Below are positions 36,711 through 49,966 of a stretch of DNA of 64,000 nucleotides, piece by piece. This DNA comes from Polymyxa betae A26-41 (lineage: Eukaryota > Protista > Endomyxa: Phytomyxea): assembly GCA_003693705.1 (NCBI GenBank), contig RBZT01000525.1, forward strand, positions 1 through 64,000, written 5' to 3'. The translations under genes were made by a program, and so were the position numbers. The stretch's first letter is position 1. Each line of letters begins with the position of its first letter. The notes under the pieces were generated by a model. That model was not told the DNA's origin. It ran no database searches and was given only the letters and a program-made list of their open reading frames with translations.

Positions 36711-38227
36711 TTAAATAAAGATACCAAATGGGTAACTATTATCCGGGAACTCTTTGGTGAGGATGGCGAAATATTCTGAATCAAAGTATGGTCGGGAACA
36801 TTTACGGCGTAGTGCTTCTCCTGGATGGCAATCTAAAAAAAGAATCAAATTTTTTAAAAGAAATGCAACTGCATATTGTTACAATTGCAACGACTTTGCT
36901 GCTGTGTTGTGTAAGTACAGCTTCGAACGCCAAGACGAACAGGCTCGTCGCATAGTTTGCTTTTGTATTCTCCCCTCCTGATGCGCTCACGTAGTTCAGC
37001 CTCGCCTAAAGCCTTGCTTAGAATAGGTGGAAGCAAGATGAAATCTCAAATAGACCATGGGCGAAATTGCAAGTATCTCCATACTGGCAATGGTAAAGAG
37101 GAGGCCCCCAGTTGCGGCATAATTCAGTTTTCAGTAATTGCTCTTCACTATCAACACAGGGATACGATTCATCGCAGTTACTGTTATCATTCTGTTTTTC
37201 AAACTGACTTGGTATTCTATGGACGTTACAATACGTTCTCAGTACCTGGTCAGTTGCCCATAATTCGTTTGTCGAATAAGAACAATCAGAACTATCTTCT
37301 CCGTCAGCGGCTGCCTTTGCCCCTGAAACAGCTAGCAATACTGAAGTCGATGCTATACCAGAGACAGATGGTGACGTTGGAGCTGATTTTACGCTTGAAA
37401 TTATTGTCGGAGACCTTGAAGCCGATTTCACTCCTGATGCAGCAGGGGAAATCGACGCTACTCTTGAAATGAGCGGGGAGATTGACGCAGCTCTTACACT
37501 CGAGACGACAGGTGACTTCGAAGCTGAGATACTTGGCGATTTCGAAGCTGAAATCAGTGGCGATGTTGGAGCTGTATTAATGCTTGAAATGACTGGCGAC
37601 GTTGGGCCTGCCTTGGCGAACATCGGAGCAAGTGAAATGATTTCCGGTTCAGGAATATTTTTAGCTGAACGATTGGCAAAAGGCAACGATGATGGGCTCT
37701 GTACATATTCGTTTAGATTTAGAGACGCATTAAACAGTCTCAATTACCCGGTGCTGAATATGAAATGGGTCATCTCTTGCATCGAGGATTATCTCAGAGT
37801 GCTGTGCCGATACCTTATGAACAGCTGTGCTAAACGCTGAGACCTCGGAAAGGGTGAATGGCTTTGGGGATAATGCAATCTTAGGCGAATCGCTTGCCGA
37901 AGTAACTGATGGAGATGGCGACAGAGGCCCAAATAGAGGTGATGGATTATCATTCGCCCAGATGTCACTACCTGGTGATGAAACCATTCCAAACATTGGT
38001 CGTTTCAGTCCCATGTCATCCCATGGGCTGCTGGGAGGTCGCTATAGCTAGCACTTAGTAAATCATAACATATGGACAGCAACGCTTACCTTAGCTGGGG
38101 TTGTCGATGGCGACGAGGTTAAAGACGTCCAAGGGTCTTTACGTGAATCAGCAGCAATAGCTTGGCCGCCAGGGGAAGAGATTGCGGCAGGCGCCGGCCA
38201 GCGTAGTTGAGGAGATAACGAAGCCAT
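36711..38227 (-). CDS. Tandem CCCH zinc-finger (TIS11/ZFP36-like) protein with Ser/Pro repeats
   Basis: LKTELCRNWGPPLYHCQYGDTCNFAHG and YKSKLCDEP...C...CN.CH fingers; upstream SPxIS repeats; multi-exon. Confidence 0.8.
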
Positions 38228-38783
38228 ATTATGAAGTGAACTTTAACACACAATTATTCAAATGAGACAAAGGAATGAGAGTGAGACAAAGAGAGAGCGA
38301 GTCGAATTAGTAACGAGATCTGGCCGAATATGTTGACGTAACGCTTGGGACCCACAGCGAAGTCAGAGGAGCCCGTCATGAAATGCATGGCCATGTTGCA
38401 AGATCGACAAGCCGCCTTCTTTGGAGAGGCCTCCTCTCACTGGGCCCGTATCTCACAAATGTGGAGAATGTTGCGCGACTGCTGGCATTGTTTTGGGGCC
38501 CGATTCTCATTCCAATCTTTGACTGGTATGCCGTCACCCTCACAGTGTAACGCGGTTGACGCGCCAAATTTGGGGCCCTTTTTTCTCTCGCCAGACGGTA
38601 AGAATACACCTCATTCTCTCCAACGATATCATCCTTATTAAGGAAGTACCCTTTTAGGTAAACCTCGATTTGTAGGGATGACCGATCTGAGCTCTTCAGC
38701 TACGATTTACATTTGACTGCTTCAAATTAGCGCAGAACGCCGCGGTGCGGAATGGGTCTTCTTAGAAGTTAGAATCTGGTTTG

Positions 38784-39874
38784 ATGATTCGCTCTCTGCC
38801 TCTCATTTTATCGAGGTCATTGTCGTATTCCAAAACTCAACGAGCGCCAAACGCTTGTAAGGCCTCTGGCGAGCTCCTCTTCGGTTCAGATTCAGTACTT
38901 TCTGCTTTACAAAGCGGCAAAAGGTCGCGCTTTTATCGCTTATTGCTTCTAGATCATGTAAGTGCAGGCAGGCACATTTCTCTGAATTTCGCTTATTAAT
39001 AGCAAAGCCAAATGATGCCACGTCATCAAAAGCTGGCCGTGTTCGCGAAAAGTTACTTCACCTTGCAGAACAACGCTGTATTCCTATAGAGTATCTACCG
39101 CGATCTCAAATGGATTCGCTATCCAGACAACGAACTAACAACGGTATTATTCTTGACGTCGAACCCATTCGCCCTGAAGCGATCACGTCCTTGCCGGATC
39201 CAAGTCTGTCAGAACGTCCACCTACATGGATTTTGCTGGACCAAATTGTCGATCCACAGGTATGCATGAACACGCATCAGGCTTCACATTTGTTTTTCGT
39301 GGCATTTTCACACGATACTTTCCGCTGTATATAAGCAGTTCCGAGATTGCTTCAAAACATTGCTAAGCATGACTCCCCAGCTTATTTATAACTATCTTTA
39401 GAACTTAGGAGCTATATTACGAAGCTGCTCGTTTTTTGGCGTCGATGGCGTTTTATTGTGTGGAAGAAATTCTGCTCCCCTTTCGGCAACGGTAGCAAAG
39501 GCCTCTTGTGGAGCTTTAGAATATATTAACATCAAACTATGCCATTCGATGCCAAGGTTTCTAGAGGGCAGCCAATCACAATGGAATATTGTTGGGATGG
39601 CTGTCGGTTCCAATGCTATTCCATTCAGCGATGCTTTGGAGCAATATAAACAATCTCCAATAATCTTGGTTGTTGGTAAGCCTGTATGTTTTCTTAATGC
39701 AAATAATCTTTATTAGAACCAGGCAGCGAAGGAACTGGATTAAGACCCTTGGTCAAAGACAAGTGCCATGTGCTGGCAATGCTACCCAAGTCCCCAACAG
39801 CACCGATCATTATTGATTCATTGAATGTATCCACTGCTCTTGGGATTGCTTTATATCATTTATCTGCTCGATAA
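38784..39874 (+). CDS. MRM1: Mitochondrial rRNA 2'-O-methyltransferase (SpoU/TrmH family)
   Basis: LFGSDSVLSAL, NNGIILDV, WILLDQIVDPQNLGAILRS, KASCGALE, LVVGSEGTGLR, IDSLNVS. Confidence 0.88.
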
Positions 39875-40388
39875 ATTATTACATTTTATTATCATAATAT
39901 TTCAATCGCTGATGCTTTGAGTTTGGAACTAAATACAGCATTCCAACCAGGACCGCATAATTCACTGCTGCATTAATGTCAAAAGCGAGAGCCCCAGGCA
40001 ATTCAACATTTCAAAGCTCGTCCAATGGGTAGAGATTTTACTCCAAATAATTAGCGATAATAGGTATTCGTATTGTCATTGGGCCATACATGGTACATTA
40101 CTGTGAAATCCAAAAGGGGGAATTGTCTTAATCTATCAGGCATTATTTCCGGCCAGAAACCACGAATGAAACCTTGCTTCTTGAAGTGATTCGGATTGAT
40201 TGCAACAACCAGCAAAGTTCCATGATTTTTGAATCTTGAGACAGCGGCTCACGGACTTCCTCAACGCAATCTGCCTGAATTCGAAGCCACAGCCAGCGAT
40301 CAAGACTCCTACCGTAATTTCTGAGCTTGGCTTCCGCCGTTAGATCCTCTTGCCTGCTTCACTCACTGGCCTAGCAAGTCCTCATCCA

Positions 40389-41577
40389 ATGCCTCCAAAA
40401 AAAAATGCCGCTGGCGCTAAGAAGCAGCAGAAAGTCCTCGAGGATAAGACTTTCGGCCTGAAGAATAAAAACAAGAGCAAAAAGGTATTAGGCTTGTGCA
40501 ATGGCATTGCACTACTCTGATATTCGATCAGGTTCAGCAATATGTTCAGTCAGTTTCGAGGACGCCTCAGCAGATTGCTGCTGAAAAAGCTTCTGAGGCT
40601 CGTCGGGCTGCCAAGCGGGCCCAGGAAGCATTGGATCGTGAAATGTCGCTAATGTTTAAGACTGTCCAGAAACAGGCGAAACAAGGCATGGATCCAAAAT
40701 CAGTTCTCTGCGAATACTTTAAACAGGGGCTTTGTGTGCGGGGAGCAAAATGCAAATACTCCCACGATGCCTCTCAAGTTCGTAAAGTAGCAAAACTTGA
40801 CAGTAAGTCACTAAGCACTCTTTGAGCTTTCAATGATTTGCATTTATTACATGCGTTCTTGCCCTCGCTTTACTCTGCAATAGTTTTTTGTTTCTCAACT
40901 TTCACTTTGTTTTCTTGTAAAAGCCTAATGCCATTTTAGTCTATACCGATCCAAGGTTTGTCGATGCGCCTGATGAACGTCTAAACAAGACAGATATCAT
41001 TTGCAAATTTTTCGTGGATGCTGTCGAGTCGAAGAAATATGGTGCTCTTTGGCTTTGCCCCAATAACGGCAAGGATTGCCAATATAATCACGCTCTTCCT
41101 AAAGGATTTGTTCTCCAACGCGATCGCAAATTATTAGCCGAACAGCAAGAGGATCAATTGTCAATTGAAGAGCAGATTGAGATCGAGCGCGCCGCTTTGC
41201 TTCGCAGAAACGATTTAAATCCTGTTACTAAGGAGTCATTTGAAAAGTGGAAGATTGCTCAGAAGGAGAAAGCTGAACAAGCTGTCAAAGACAAAGTCAA
41301 AGCCGCCATGGACAAGAAGGCACTCGGGAAACTAACAATGGCTGCTGGTCTTAGCGGTCGTGATCTGTTCACTTTCGACCCATCATTGTTCGTTGACGAT
41401 CTGGATGCTGCTGATAACGCCGAGATGGAGATTCGGGAAACCGGCGATGACGATGACGCTGATGAGGATGAAAAGGCTTCGGCGTTAGCCAATGTTGTCG
41501 ATAGAAATCTCTTTCTTGATGACGATGAAGATTTGCCTGATGCTGCAGACACACAAGCCTCATCAGTAACAACATAA
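40389..41577 (+). CDS. ZC3H15: Zinc finger CCCH domain protein 15 / Tma46 (DFRP1)
   Basis: MPPKK...EDKTFGLKNKNKSKKVQQYV, DPKSVLCEYFKQGLC..G.KCKYSH, ICKFFVDAVE..KYG.LWLCPN...C.Y.HALPKG, LSGRDLF. Confidence 0.95.
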
Positions 41578-42328
41578 AAAAACATGGCTTTTACAGGAAA
41601 CAGCCTCGCCTGTTAGCGGGATAGGATGCTTATTTGTACTGTATCATTCATAATTTGATCACAATTTTTGCCCAACTGCATTTCCATCATTTATTTTTTG
41701 AAGCCAACAATTTTCTCATGTACGATACTGATACAGTTGCGATCTCAAGAAAATTAAAAGAAAAACGGTAGTTCATTTTTTGTATTTACTTTATGCTGAA
41801 ACGTTTTTCAAAGGTTGGAATGATGAAATAGCGCAAGCGTTTTGGAATTCTGTATAAATGACTTTGTTGGAAATCTGAAGGTTGACCGTTAACCCATTGG
41901 CTAAGCCGCTGAGATATGCCTTTAAATGAAATCGCATTTACACTAACCTATTCCATCAAGTCCTTTTGATTGACGCCGCCAGTGGCCGTTACAATCAAAA
42001 GGGTCTTTGGTGATTAGGGCAGCCGGCACATATTCGTTTATGAGTGTTTGTTCAGCTGCTGTGGATGCGATCAACGCTCAACAGCATGCGATCTGTGCTT
42101 GCCAGCCGTTTTGTCTTATCGACACCGGATCTTTTTTTGTAGCTTTTTGTTGGGGTTTTCAAACGCTGTTAGCAAACAAAGAAGCATGCTTTCAGATTTC
42201 CAAAATAAAAAAAAAAAAATCGACAAAAACTGCGCCCTGAAAGCCATTTTGGTCAATCAGCATTGCTCAAGGAACGCCGCAAGACCCTTAATTGGGTAAC
42301 GGTAATATATTAGTTTTATTGCAGTTAT

Positions 42329-42933
42329 TTAATCATCTAACGGGACAATTGCAAATAAAAAGCCAAATAGTACCAAATGTAGACCTGAAAAATAGGATAT
42401 GACTTGTCCTAAATTATAGGCAGTGGTTTTCGCCGACAGCATGACCCCGATAATAACCAAAGCTAGTGCAAGAACAACAACGGAGAAGGCCAAACTTCGC
42501 ATACTGTCTAGTCCTGAAATCGTATAACATTCAATAATTAATGTCACTAAAAGTCTTACGCAGTGGCCGATGGAGGAATTTGAAAGCTGCTCGCAAGTAA
42601 AGAAATCCTGCTAGCGAGATTGATAACATGAGCAGAACGTAGCCCAAGTAGTAGATCGTTGCACCTTTCTGCATAAATGCAGCAGATAAGGCCAGCAATA
42701 GCTAACGCGAGGTTAACCATAATCATCGGATGCAGGAAGCAATAATGAAACGGAAAACATCATCGGACGATGGGTGGGTTTGTAAATTCAACCTGAACAG
42801 GACCCGGAGCTCGCACCGACTATGCGACGGGCCATCGATCAGTAGCGCTGACGCAGGCCCGGCTCCCGATAGTTTACTGGGATCGTACAAAGTCGCCAGT
42901 ATTTAGCGGAGGGTCCCGGGCTGAGTCAGCCAT
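42329..42933 (-). CDS. Small hypothetical multi-pass membrane protein
   Basis: Spliced model MADSARDPPLNTGDF/SVRAPGPVQ/LLLALSAAF...YYLGYVLLMLSISLAGFLYL.../SLAFSVVVLALALVIIGVML...LHLVLFGFLFAIVPLDD*; 3-4 hydrophobic segments. Confidence 0.55.
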
Positions 42934-44903
42934 TTTGTATGAGAATGCCAAAGCCTTCATAGCGAATAGAGAGGAAGGCCAGCCACCAGTACCTAAAAAA
43001 GGACCCGGCCGAGGTGATGGATGAGGAGATCCACACCTGGGTAAAGGACAAGCCGTTTTGAAACCATACAGAGGTTCGCCTAACGATGCCGTCACGGATC
43101 TTCTTATAAGTTTGATAAGATCGTGAAGGATAACGGTTGGACCAGCTTCCTTGAGAGCCCAAGAGAAAGCGGTCCAGCATGTGCTAAATGTCAGGATACT
43201 GCAGGCGCAGCCTGTGTAGTTTCTTGTTTCTGTCCGAAATAAAGTTTCGTTGCATGGTTGATTGAGGATAGCTGAGTTCGATCAGCGTCGTGTTTGGATC
43301 AACAACTCTGTTCTCATTCGTCGTAGTTCTTGTTTCCTTTGTTCCTGTCTTCGTCCTGTTTCTCATACTCTAACGCTATTGTTATCGCTATTGTTCTTAT
43401 ATTATATTCTTTCTTAGTTTATTCAACGTTGATTCATAACACTAAATAGGAATTAACATTGAAACTACCAGCGGGAAGCTCTTTCTTCGAATCCATCTAG
43501 TTCAACCACCTTGCATCTCACAGCCATCCGGCAACTATCTACGCAAGATTAAACCTCTTGAAAAATTCTCTTCAATAAAATTTATTCAAAATCTGTATAA
43601 TAAAGATTGCTTTGAAATTTTTGAGAGTGTTTGAAACACTTCACATTCGGGAACTGCGCGGTCCCCGGAAACTCTCTTTACAGAAACGTGCGAGGAACGC
43701 AACAGAATCTTAACTCGGAATTCTGTACGAATCTTTTCACAGCTTCTTTCATGTAGAAAGTGCGCCACGGAACTTTAACACCGCTACAGTGACCTAAAAC
43801 ATTGACCTGGTGGACCATCTCAGTGATCCAGCACACGTCCTGCTTGACTACGTTTTACCAGTTCGCATAGGTAGCGGAACGGCCGGAACCCGCGAAAATG
43901 TCCTGACGCAAACTTTTCTTGAACTGGCGCGGCCCGTACCGAATAATCGCTACAGAAGACCACTACCGTAGGTATGCCTTTTTACTGTTATCTCAAACTG
44001 GGCGCGATTTTTTCTTGCCAAGCAGGACGGTGTTTTGAGAAAAAGCATCAGGAAATGTCAGCCGGCAATTCCAAACGAAATACACTGACTGCAAACCGAC
44101 TACCGTCTTCCCCCGCACAAAACGCTTTCAATATTTCCAACTCAATATTTTCAACAAATTGGAAAACGTTTATATTTCCTCTGACATAAAGCATAGACGC
44201 TATAATCGAGGGCGTCAAACGGGTGCGTTATTTTTGTGACGAGGCAACTTGTCAAGGTGACTGATGAAAACCATGAAAACCACATGAAACCAGCAACTCC
44301 CACTTTTGCTATTCACCACAAGTGGGTTTACTCAACCCTGGGCCTGCCCGGCTCAAAACTGAAAGCCGGACTCTCCGGCGGCCGACGGTCGCTATGGCCA
44401 CCGTTGCGGTTGAGCGATTTATCTTGATTCAGAGGTTGACGAAGTCTCCCCGTAATCTCTCGTACCTTCCGGGATTTATGACAGTAAGAGCCCCCAGGGC
44501 GTGCGGATTTCATCAAGATTTTATCGTCAGCGGTTTACCTGTCCAGGCTGTACGCGCAGTCTTCAGCAAGCCGGAGTGAAGCTATCCCCCGGGCTGATAT
44601 ACCTTCTGCAGCCTGCTGATATCCAGTTCCTCCTCTCGTGAAAATTTTCGCGTCCTCCGCATGGTTGCTGCAACAAACAGACTCACATTGGTTCGTGCTG
44701 CTAAAAGCAACCTGGAAGGGGGTCCGTTTATAGAGAGAATTAAAGCCGCGCGCGATGCCATGGCCCATGACGGTGCCCACTGTTTTTTTAGCGGGTTTTT
44801 GTAGTGCTGATAAAATTGCGAGACCCGCCGTCGCGCCATCTTTGCAAAACGTCTTCCCAGCCCAACTGTTTGCAGTTACGACCCGCTCGTAACGCCATCG
44901 CAA

Positions 44904-47230
44904 ATGACAGCAGCCATGCCTCTTCCCGATCCAGACCTGCCGTGCGTCGATCTTCAGCCACCAAATGCTGATAAGACGAATTCAAAGTCGGATGCGTCGA
45001 TCCGCGAGCGCAAAGGCTACATGTTCATGAGCATCGCCAGAATGCCGTCAACCATCTTGGTTATTGGATATTTCCTTCCTTATGTATGCACTTCCTTTAA
45101 TTATTGTTTCATTGCTTATGCTGGCTTCTAGATTGCTCTAATGGGGAAGATGAACGTTGGTGAAAATGGCAAAGTTTCAGTGTTTGGTATAGCTGTGCAG
45201 CCGTCGTCGTTACCGCTTGTGTTTACGATGCTGTTCTCGGCGCTAAGCGTATTGCTATGTCCGATTGTTGGAGCCATTGCAGATTGCAGCCCGCATCGGA
45301 GGCGGATGCTAGCCTTAGCGAGCTTCAGTTCTGCTACGGCTCTGGGCCTATCATTCTTTGTCACATTTCATCATACATTATGGTGGCTTGGGGGTATCGT
45401 AATCACAGCGACACTGGTTTTCTCGACGGCCTCCGATCTTCTTGTTAATTCATATCTGCCAGAGATCACATGTAAAACTGTCTTGTTATCGTTTGGCGAC
45501 TCTCTGATCTCTTACTATAGCTGATGACGCCCAGCGAAGCAAGCTTTCAGCAAAAGCTAACCTGTGTGGATTTACTATACAGGTCGTATTTGCTGCCATG
45601 GTTTATGTAGCTGTCTCTAAAGGCAAGGCAGATCTCTCTATCAAAGTCAGTCGAAATCAGCGTCTTTGCGTTTATTGAGGTTTCTGAATCCGTTCTAGGG
45701 AGGTTTATTTGACATGCCAAACGACAGCGCAAAATGGATGTTTCGCAACGATCTGAATGGTCTGTCATCATCTACGAGGAATTATGAGATATGTGGTAAA
45801 GACGAGCGTTGCATGCAGAAGACGGTTCCTCATAAATTCCCAACGTCTCATTACCTCAGGTATATCTCATTTCTTTGTTGTTGTTGATTGATCGCCAATG
45901 TTGAGCTTCTGTACTGATCGTGGCGACAACTGATGGCGGTTCATAGTCTCAATATTGATTCGAATTTCGCCCTACACCAGAAAGAGCAACTTGAAGGCTC
46001 CCAACTCAGTGATCGGTGGGTGCGACTTAATGTTGTGCTGAAATCTAATGAACCAGCTGGATTCTCTGGCGGTCAAGTGCAGCTTCGCTTATGGCCTGCA
46101 AAGGATGGCGAAGCTCTGGATGTCATACAGAGTGATTGGGAAACCATCAACAATGACGTTCTGCGGCTCGTTACTTTGGAGAATGTATTATTTATATTAT
46201 TTTTCCACCTCCTTTGTATTCACTGTCTTGTTAGACACTCCCAGTTGACACTACAAACTTACTCTACGAAATTGCTTTTCGATCTTCACTAGACAAGACC
46301 CAACTTCAAATTGAAAAGGTGACCTGGTTTTTACACCTTTTGTCATAAATTTCATTTCTGTGGTTTAGATTGAAGTGATGTCGAAACCAAACAGCGGTAT
46401 CCCATTCGCGGTTGCTTTTTGTGGAATCTGGTATGCTCTCTGGACGTTCTTTGCCATTCGAAAGCTCGGCAAGCGGAGCAAACGTGGCGATTTTAAGCTG
46501 ACATTCTTCAATCTAATTGGTCATTCTTTTGTCGACCTTGGTGATCAGTTGCAGCATGAATTTCGGTTGGATATTTATATTATATTTAGGGCATCGAATT
46601 CGTCGTACTTGCCACAATTCCAAGTTGTCAAGGTTTATGATTGCCTTAGCTTTATATTCGGCCTCAGCAGGGACTTCCGTTACCATGGCTACTACGTTTT
46701 TCACAAACAACCTTGGAATCGCCAATGGTTCAGCCGGCGTGATATTGTGTTGCGCTATTCTTTTTGGAGCAATTGGAGCTTTTCTATATGCCTGGATGGG
46801 AAGTCAGATCGGATATGGACGAGCTCTGGCCGTCTCCTATTTCCAATGGATTATCACCTTGCTTCTAACCTATTCGCTCTTGCATGGGCCCAAAGATGTT
46901 GGCTGGATGTTCCTGATTGTTCCCATTTTGGGTCTTTGCTTTGGCGGAAGCTTAACGCTTGCACGATCAGTGTATGCGTCAATGATCGAACCAGGAACAG
47001 AAGCCGAGATGTTTGGAATGTTCAACTTTTGTCAGTGCTCGTTAGGCTGGGCAGCAATTCTGCTGTTTACCTTTGTCAACGAGGCGACAAATTGTCTTCG
47101 AACTGGATTTTTGTCTCAAATCGTGTTCCTGTTACCTGCATTGATTCTTCAACTAAGTATTGAATTCGAATGGAAAATGCCGAAACAGCAACCGGCTGTC
47201 GCTTTAGATAGTGTTGCTGAATCCAGATAA
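44904..47230 (+). CDS. MFS transporter, Atg22/UMF1-like, with a large inserted loop domain
   Basis: PIVGAIADCSPHRRRML, LLVNSYLPE, GLCFGGSLTLARSVYASMIEPGTEAEMFGMF motifs; about 12 hydrophobic segments over several exons. Confidence 0.85.
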
Positions 47231-48054
47231 TATTTAATTCACCATTAAGCCACCTACTAAACCTTTTCAAGATGCTTTAAGCTTCATCGATACCTATCGT
47301 AGGCTCGATATGTATCCAAATGCATGTGAAATAATGTCGCTATGGCTTGCCAATTCGAAAGAGTCTTTTCCGAATTGACTTTCCTTGACTTCGAGGATAT
47401 AACCGCATCAAGCGTAGGATATATAGCTTAAGGTCACTTCGACAGAACTGATAGTTGAAACGAATGCTCAAGAAGAGTGGGTTTTGGCCAGTTCGTCGCA
47501 TTATGTTTGCAGTAGGTATGGTGATCGAGTGGGAAAAAATGAAGCAGATCAAATTTATACTTAGATATAAGCCTCAGCAAGCTGTGACTCCTCTGATATC
47601 GCAGCATTTCGTTGCACTTATCGTAATCAAATAGGCTAACTTTCGACGGATGTGTGAATAGAAGACGACATCAGTGATTATGATCTACTCGTTACGCTAC
47701 ATAGGCGCCATCCATGTCAAAGGATCAGAATTAAAAGACATTGGTACCCTCGAAGCCATACAACGACTCAATCCCAACCAACAGCACCTGATCTGTGCCA
47801 GGTAAATGAAAGACTTATCACAATCAGATCGGAATGAGTCAATGGCACTGAAGGTATAGAACAGCAGCAGTTAAGTGCCGAGCGAGGGTTCCGAAAGAAG
47901 ATTGCACTTGTACGCATCGACCAACAGAATGTTCTGACTGAGCCTAAGTGAAGGCGCTGTTCCTTGAAACACCAACCATGCCGGCTCAACGGCCGCAAAT
48001 TCAACCATTTTGGGCGTATCGAAGGGTAAATTCATTTTAAAAAAATTTGGATTC

Positions 48055-49352
48055 ATGAACGCAGCTGTTAATTACATGGCTGGCAAGCTCGGAACTCGAG
48101 ATGTCCCCTTAACCACGGGGATGCCTCAGAGCAGCACAGAAACAATGCATGCTATTACATGGAATGGGACGTATGATGTTAGCTACAACGAAGTGCCGAA
48201 ACCGGTTGTTTCCGATCCCGGCGATGCCTTGGTTCGCGTCACCGCTACCACCATTTGCGGATCTGATCTCCATGCTTATGCTAAGGAGATTCAAGGGTTC
48301 CGAAAAGGAATGATTTTAGGTGATGAAGAAATTAGAGGAAAGCCCTGCCCTTGATATCATTTTTATCAGGCCACGAAGCAATAGGAATCATTGAAGAAGT
48401 CGGTGAAGGCGTCCGAAAGCTTAAAGTGGGCGATCGTGTCGTGTTGTCGTTCTGCATATCATGTGGGCAATGCAGTCATTGCAAGCGCGGCCAATGGTCA
48501 GGCTGCGAGAAAACCAACCCGACAAAGTTGATGAAAGGAATGTATGGACATACATTTAGCGGGATCTATGGCTATGGCGAACTCGGCGGCTCGTTTGCTG
48601 GATCGCAAGCCGAATACGTTCGCGTTCCTATTGCGGAAGTTAATTGTCTAAAGCTGCCTGAGTCCGTTCCAGATGAGAAAGGCCTTTACCTTTCTGATAT
48701 TGCGGTCACGTCGTTCCATGCAGCCGTTGACCTTGGCCAGGTTCAAAAGGGCGACGTGGTGGCAATCTGGGGTGCTGGTCCCATCGGCATGCTGACAGCG
48801 AAATGGTGTGAGATCTATGGCGCCAAACAGATTTACGTGATTGAAAATGTCCCTGAACGTATCTCGTTGGTTGAACAAAATATTCGAGGAGCGGATTCGA
48901 TCAACTTTGATGATGTCAACGTGACTGAAGAGCTGCAGAAATTATGCCCAGAAGGTGTCGATGTTGCAATCGAATGTGCAGGATTCCGGTATGCGAAATC
49001 AAGTTTGCATAAAGCCGAGCGTGCTATGAAGATGGAGACGGATACAGCCGAACTTGTGAACGAATGCATCTACGCCACGAAGCTGTATGGGCGTGTCGTG
49101 CTGATTGCTGATTACGTCGGGTACACAAACCATTTCAATATTGGGGCGCTTATGGAGAAGCATATCTATCTATCAGGTGGTCAATGCCCTGTCCAGGCCT
49201 GCTGGGATCGCGTCCTGCATCATATTGAGAAAGGCGATTTCGACCCAACAATCTGTGTTACACATCGCGGCAAGCTGGAGGATGCACCTGTTTTCTATTC
49301 CAAGATGTTTTACAAAGAGGACGGCATCGTTAAAACGTTTTTACGACCATGA
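48055..49352 (+). CDS. Zn-dependent medium-chain dehydrogenase, formaldehyde-dehydrogenase-like group
   Basis: TTICGSDLH, LGHE, CISCGQCSHC...C, GSQAEYVRVP, LSDI, WGAGPIG, ETDTAELVNE; one intron. Confidence 0.93.
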
Positions 49353-49966
49353 AAGCAATTCCCGATATAGCTCGTTATAGCAATCTCCCCTTAGTTCGTT
49401 ATAAAATTCTTAGTTTCGGAAACTTGAGTTCAAAACTGTCAGGTAGATTCAAGCAGACTTGACGGACTGCAGGCTGCGATTGTAAAGCAGCAGCTATAGA
49501 ACTGCAGGCGACAGAGGCGGGCGATTAGTCCATAGGCTGTGTTAGCTGATGGCAGCTTAAGGGTCGAGCAAGAAGAAGTCAAGAACTGCGATGATGTTGA
49601 AGGTGAGAATTGCGTCCTATCATTTCCAGGGGCGCTGTCTCCCGGCCCTGTCAGCCTCGTATTATATTGTGGTGTTCTGGGGTGCCAGTTGTAGGGCATT
49701 GGGGTGTCAGTAGACGCCACGCGTCGGCTTAACCACAATGCATGTGGAACCGAGCCCCACGCAGACACAGGAGCTTCAGTATCTGGAGATAGCTCAGCTC
49801 TATCACTTGTTGCGGCTGAGGTCGCTGTCCAATGTGGGTAGAAAGCAAGAGAGAGAGACAAATAGAGACAGCCAAACGATTAATGACTGATTTTTGATGA
49901 CAGCCGCCATTTCTGAATCGGACGCTGAAGTTTTTTCGGAATGGTGTCCGCCGTCGCCGGAGGCGA

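Noticed and set aside
36035-36718. Possible small plus-strand gene after MCM8
   Set aside because: Candidate splice sites do not give a convincing continuous frame.
42806-42866. GC-rich three-way junction as a ribozyme
   Set aside because: No hammerhead or HDV core; overlaps a predicted intron and micro-exon of the small membrane protein gene.
43975-43986. GCCTTTTTAC resembling U5 snRNA loop I
   Set aside because: Five Ts instead of four and no convincing closing stem.
49439-49861. 140-aa minus-strand ORF
   Set aside because: Non-ATG start, no motif, no support beyond length.
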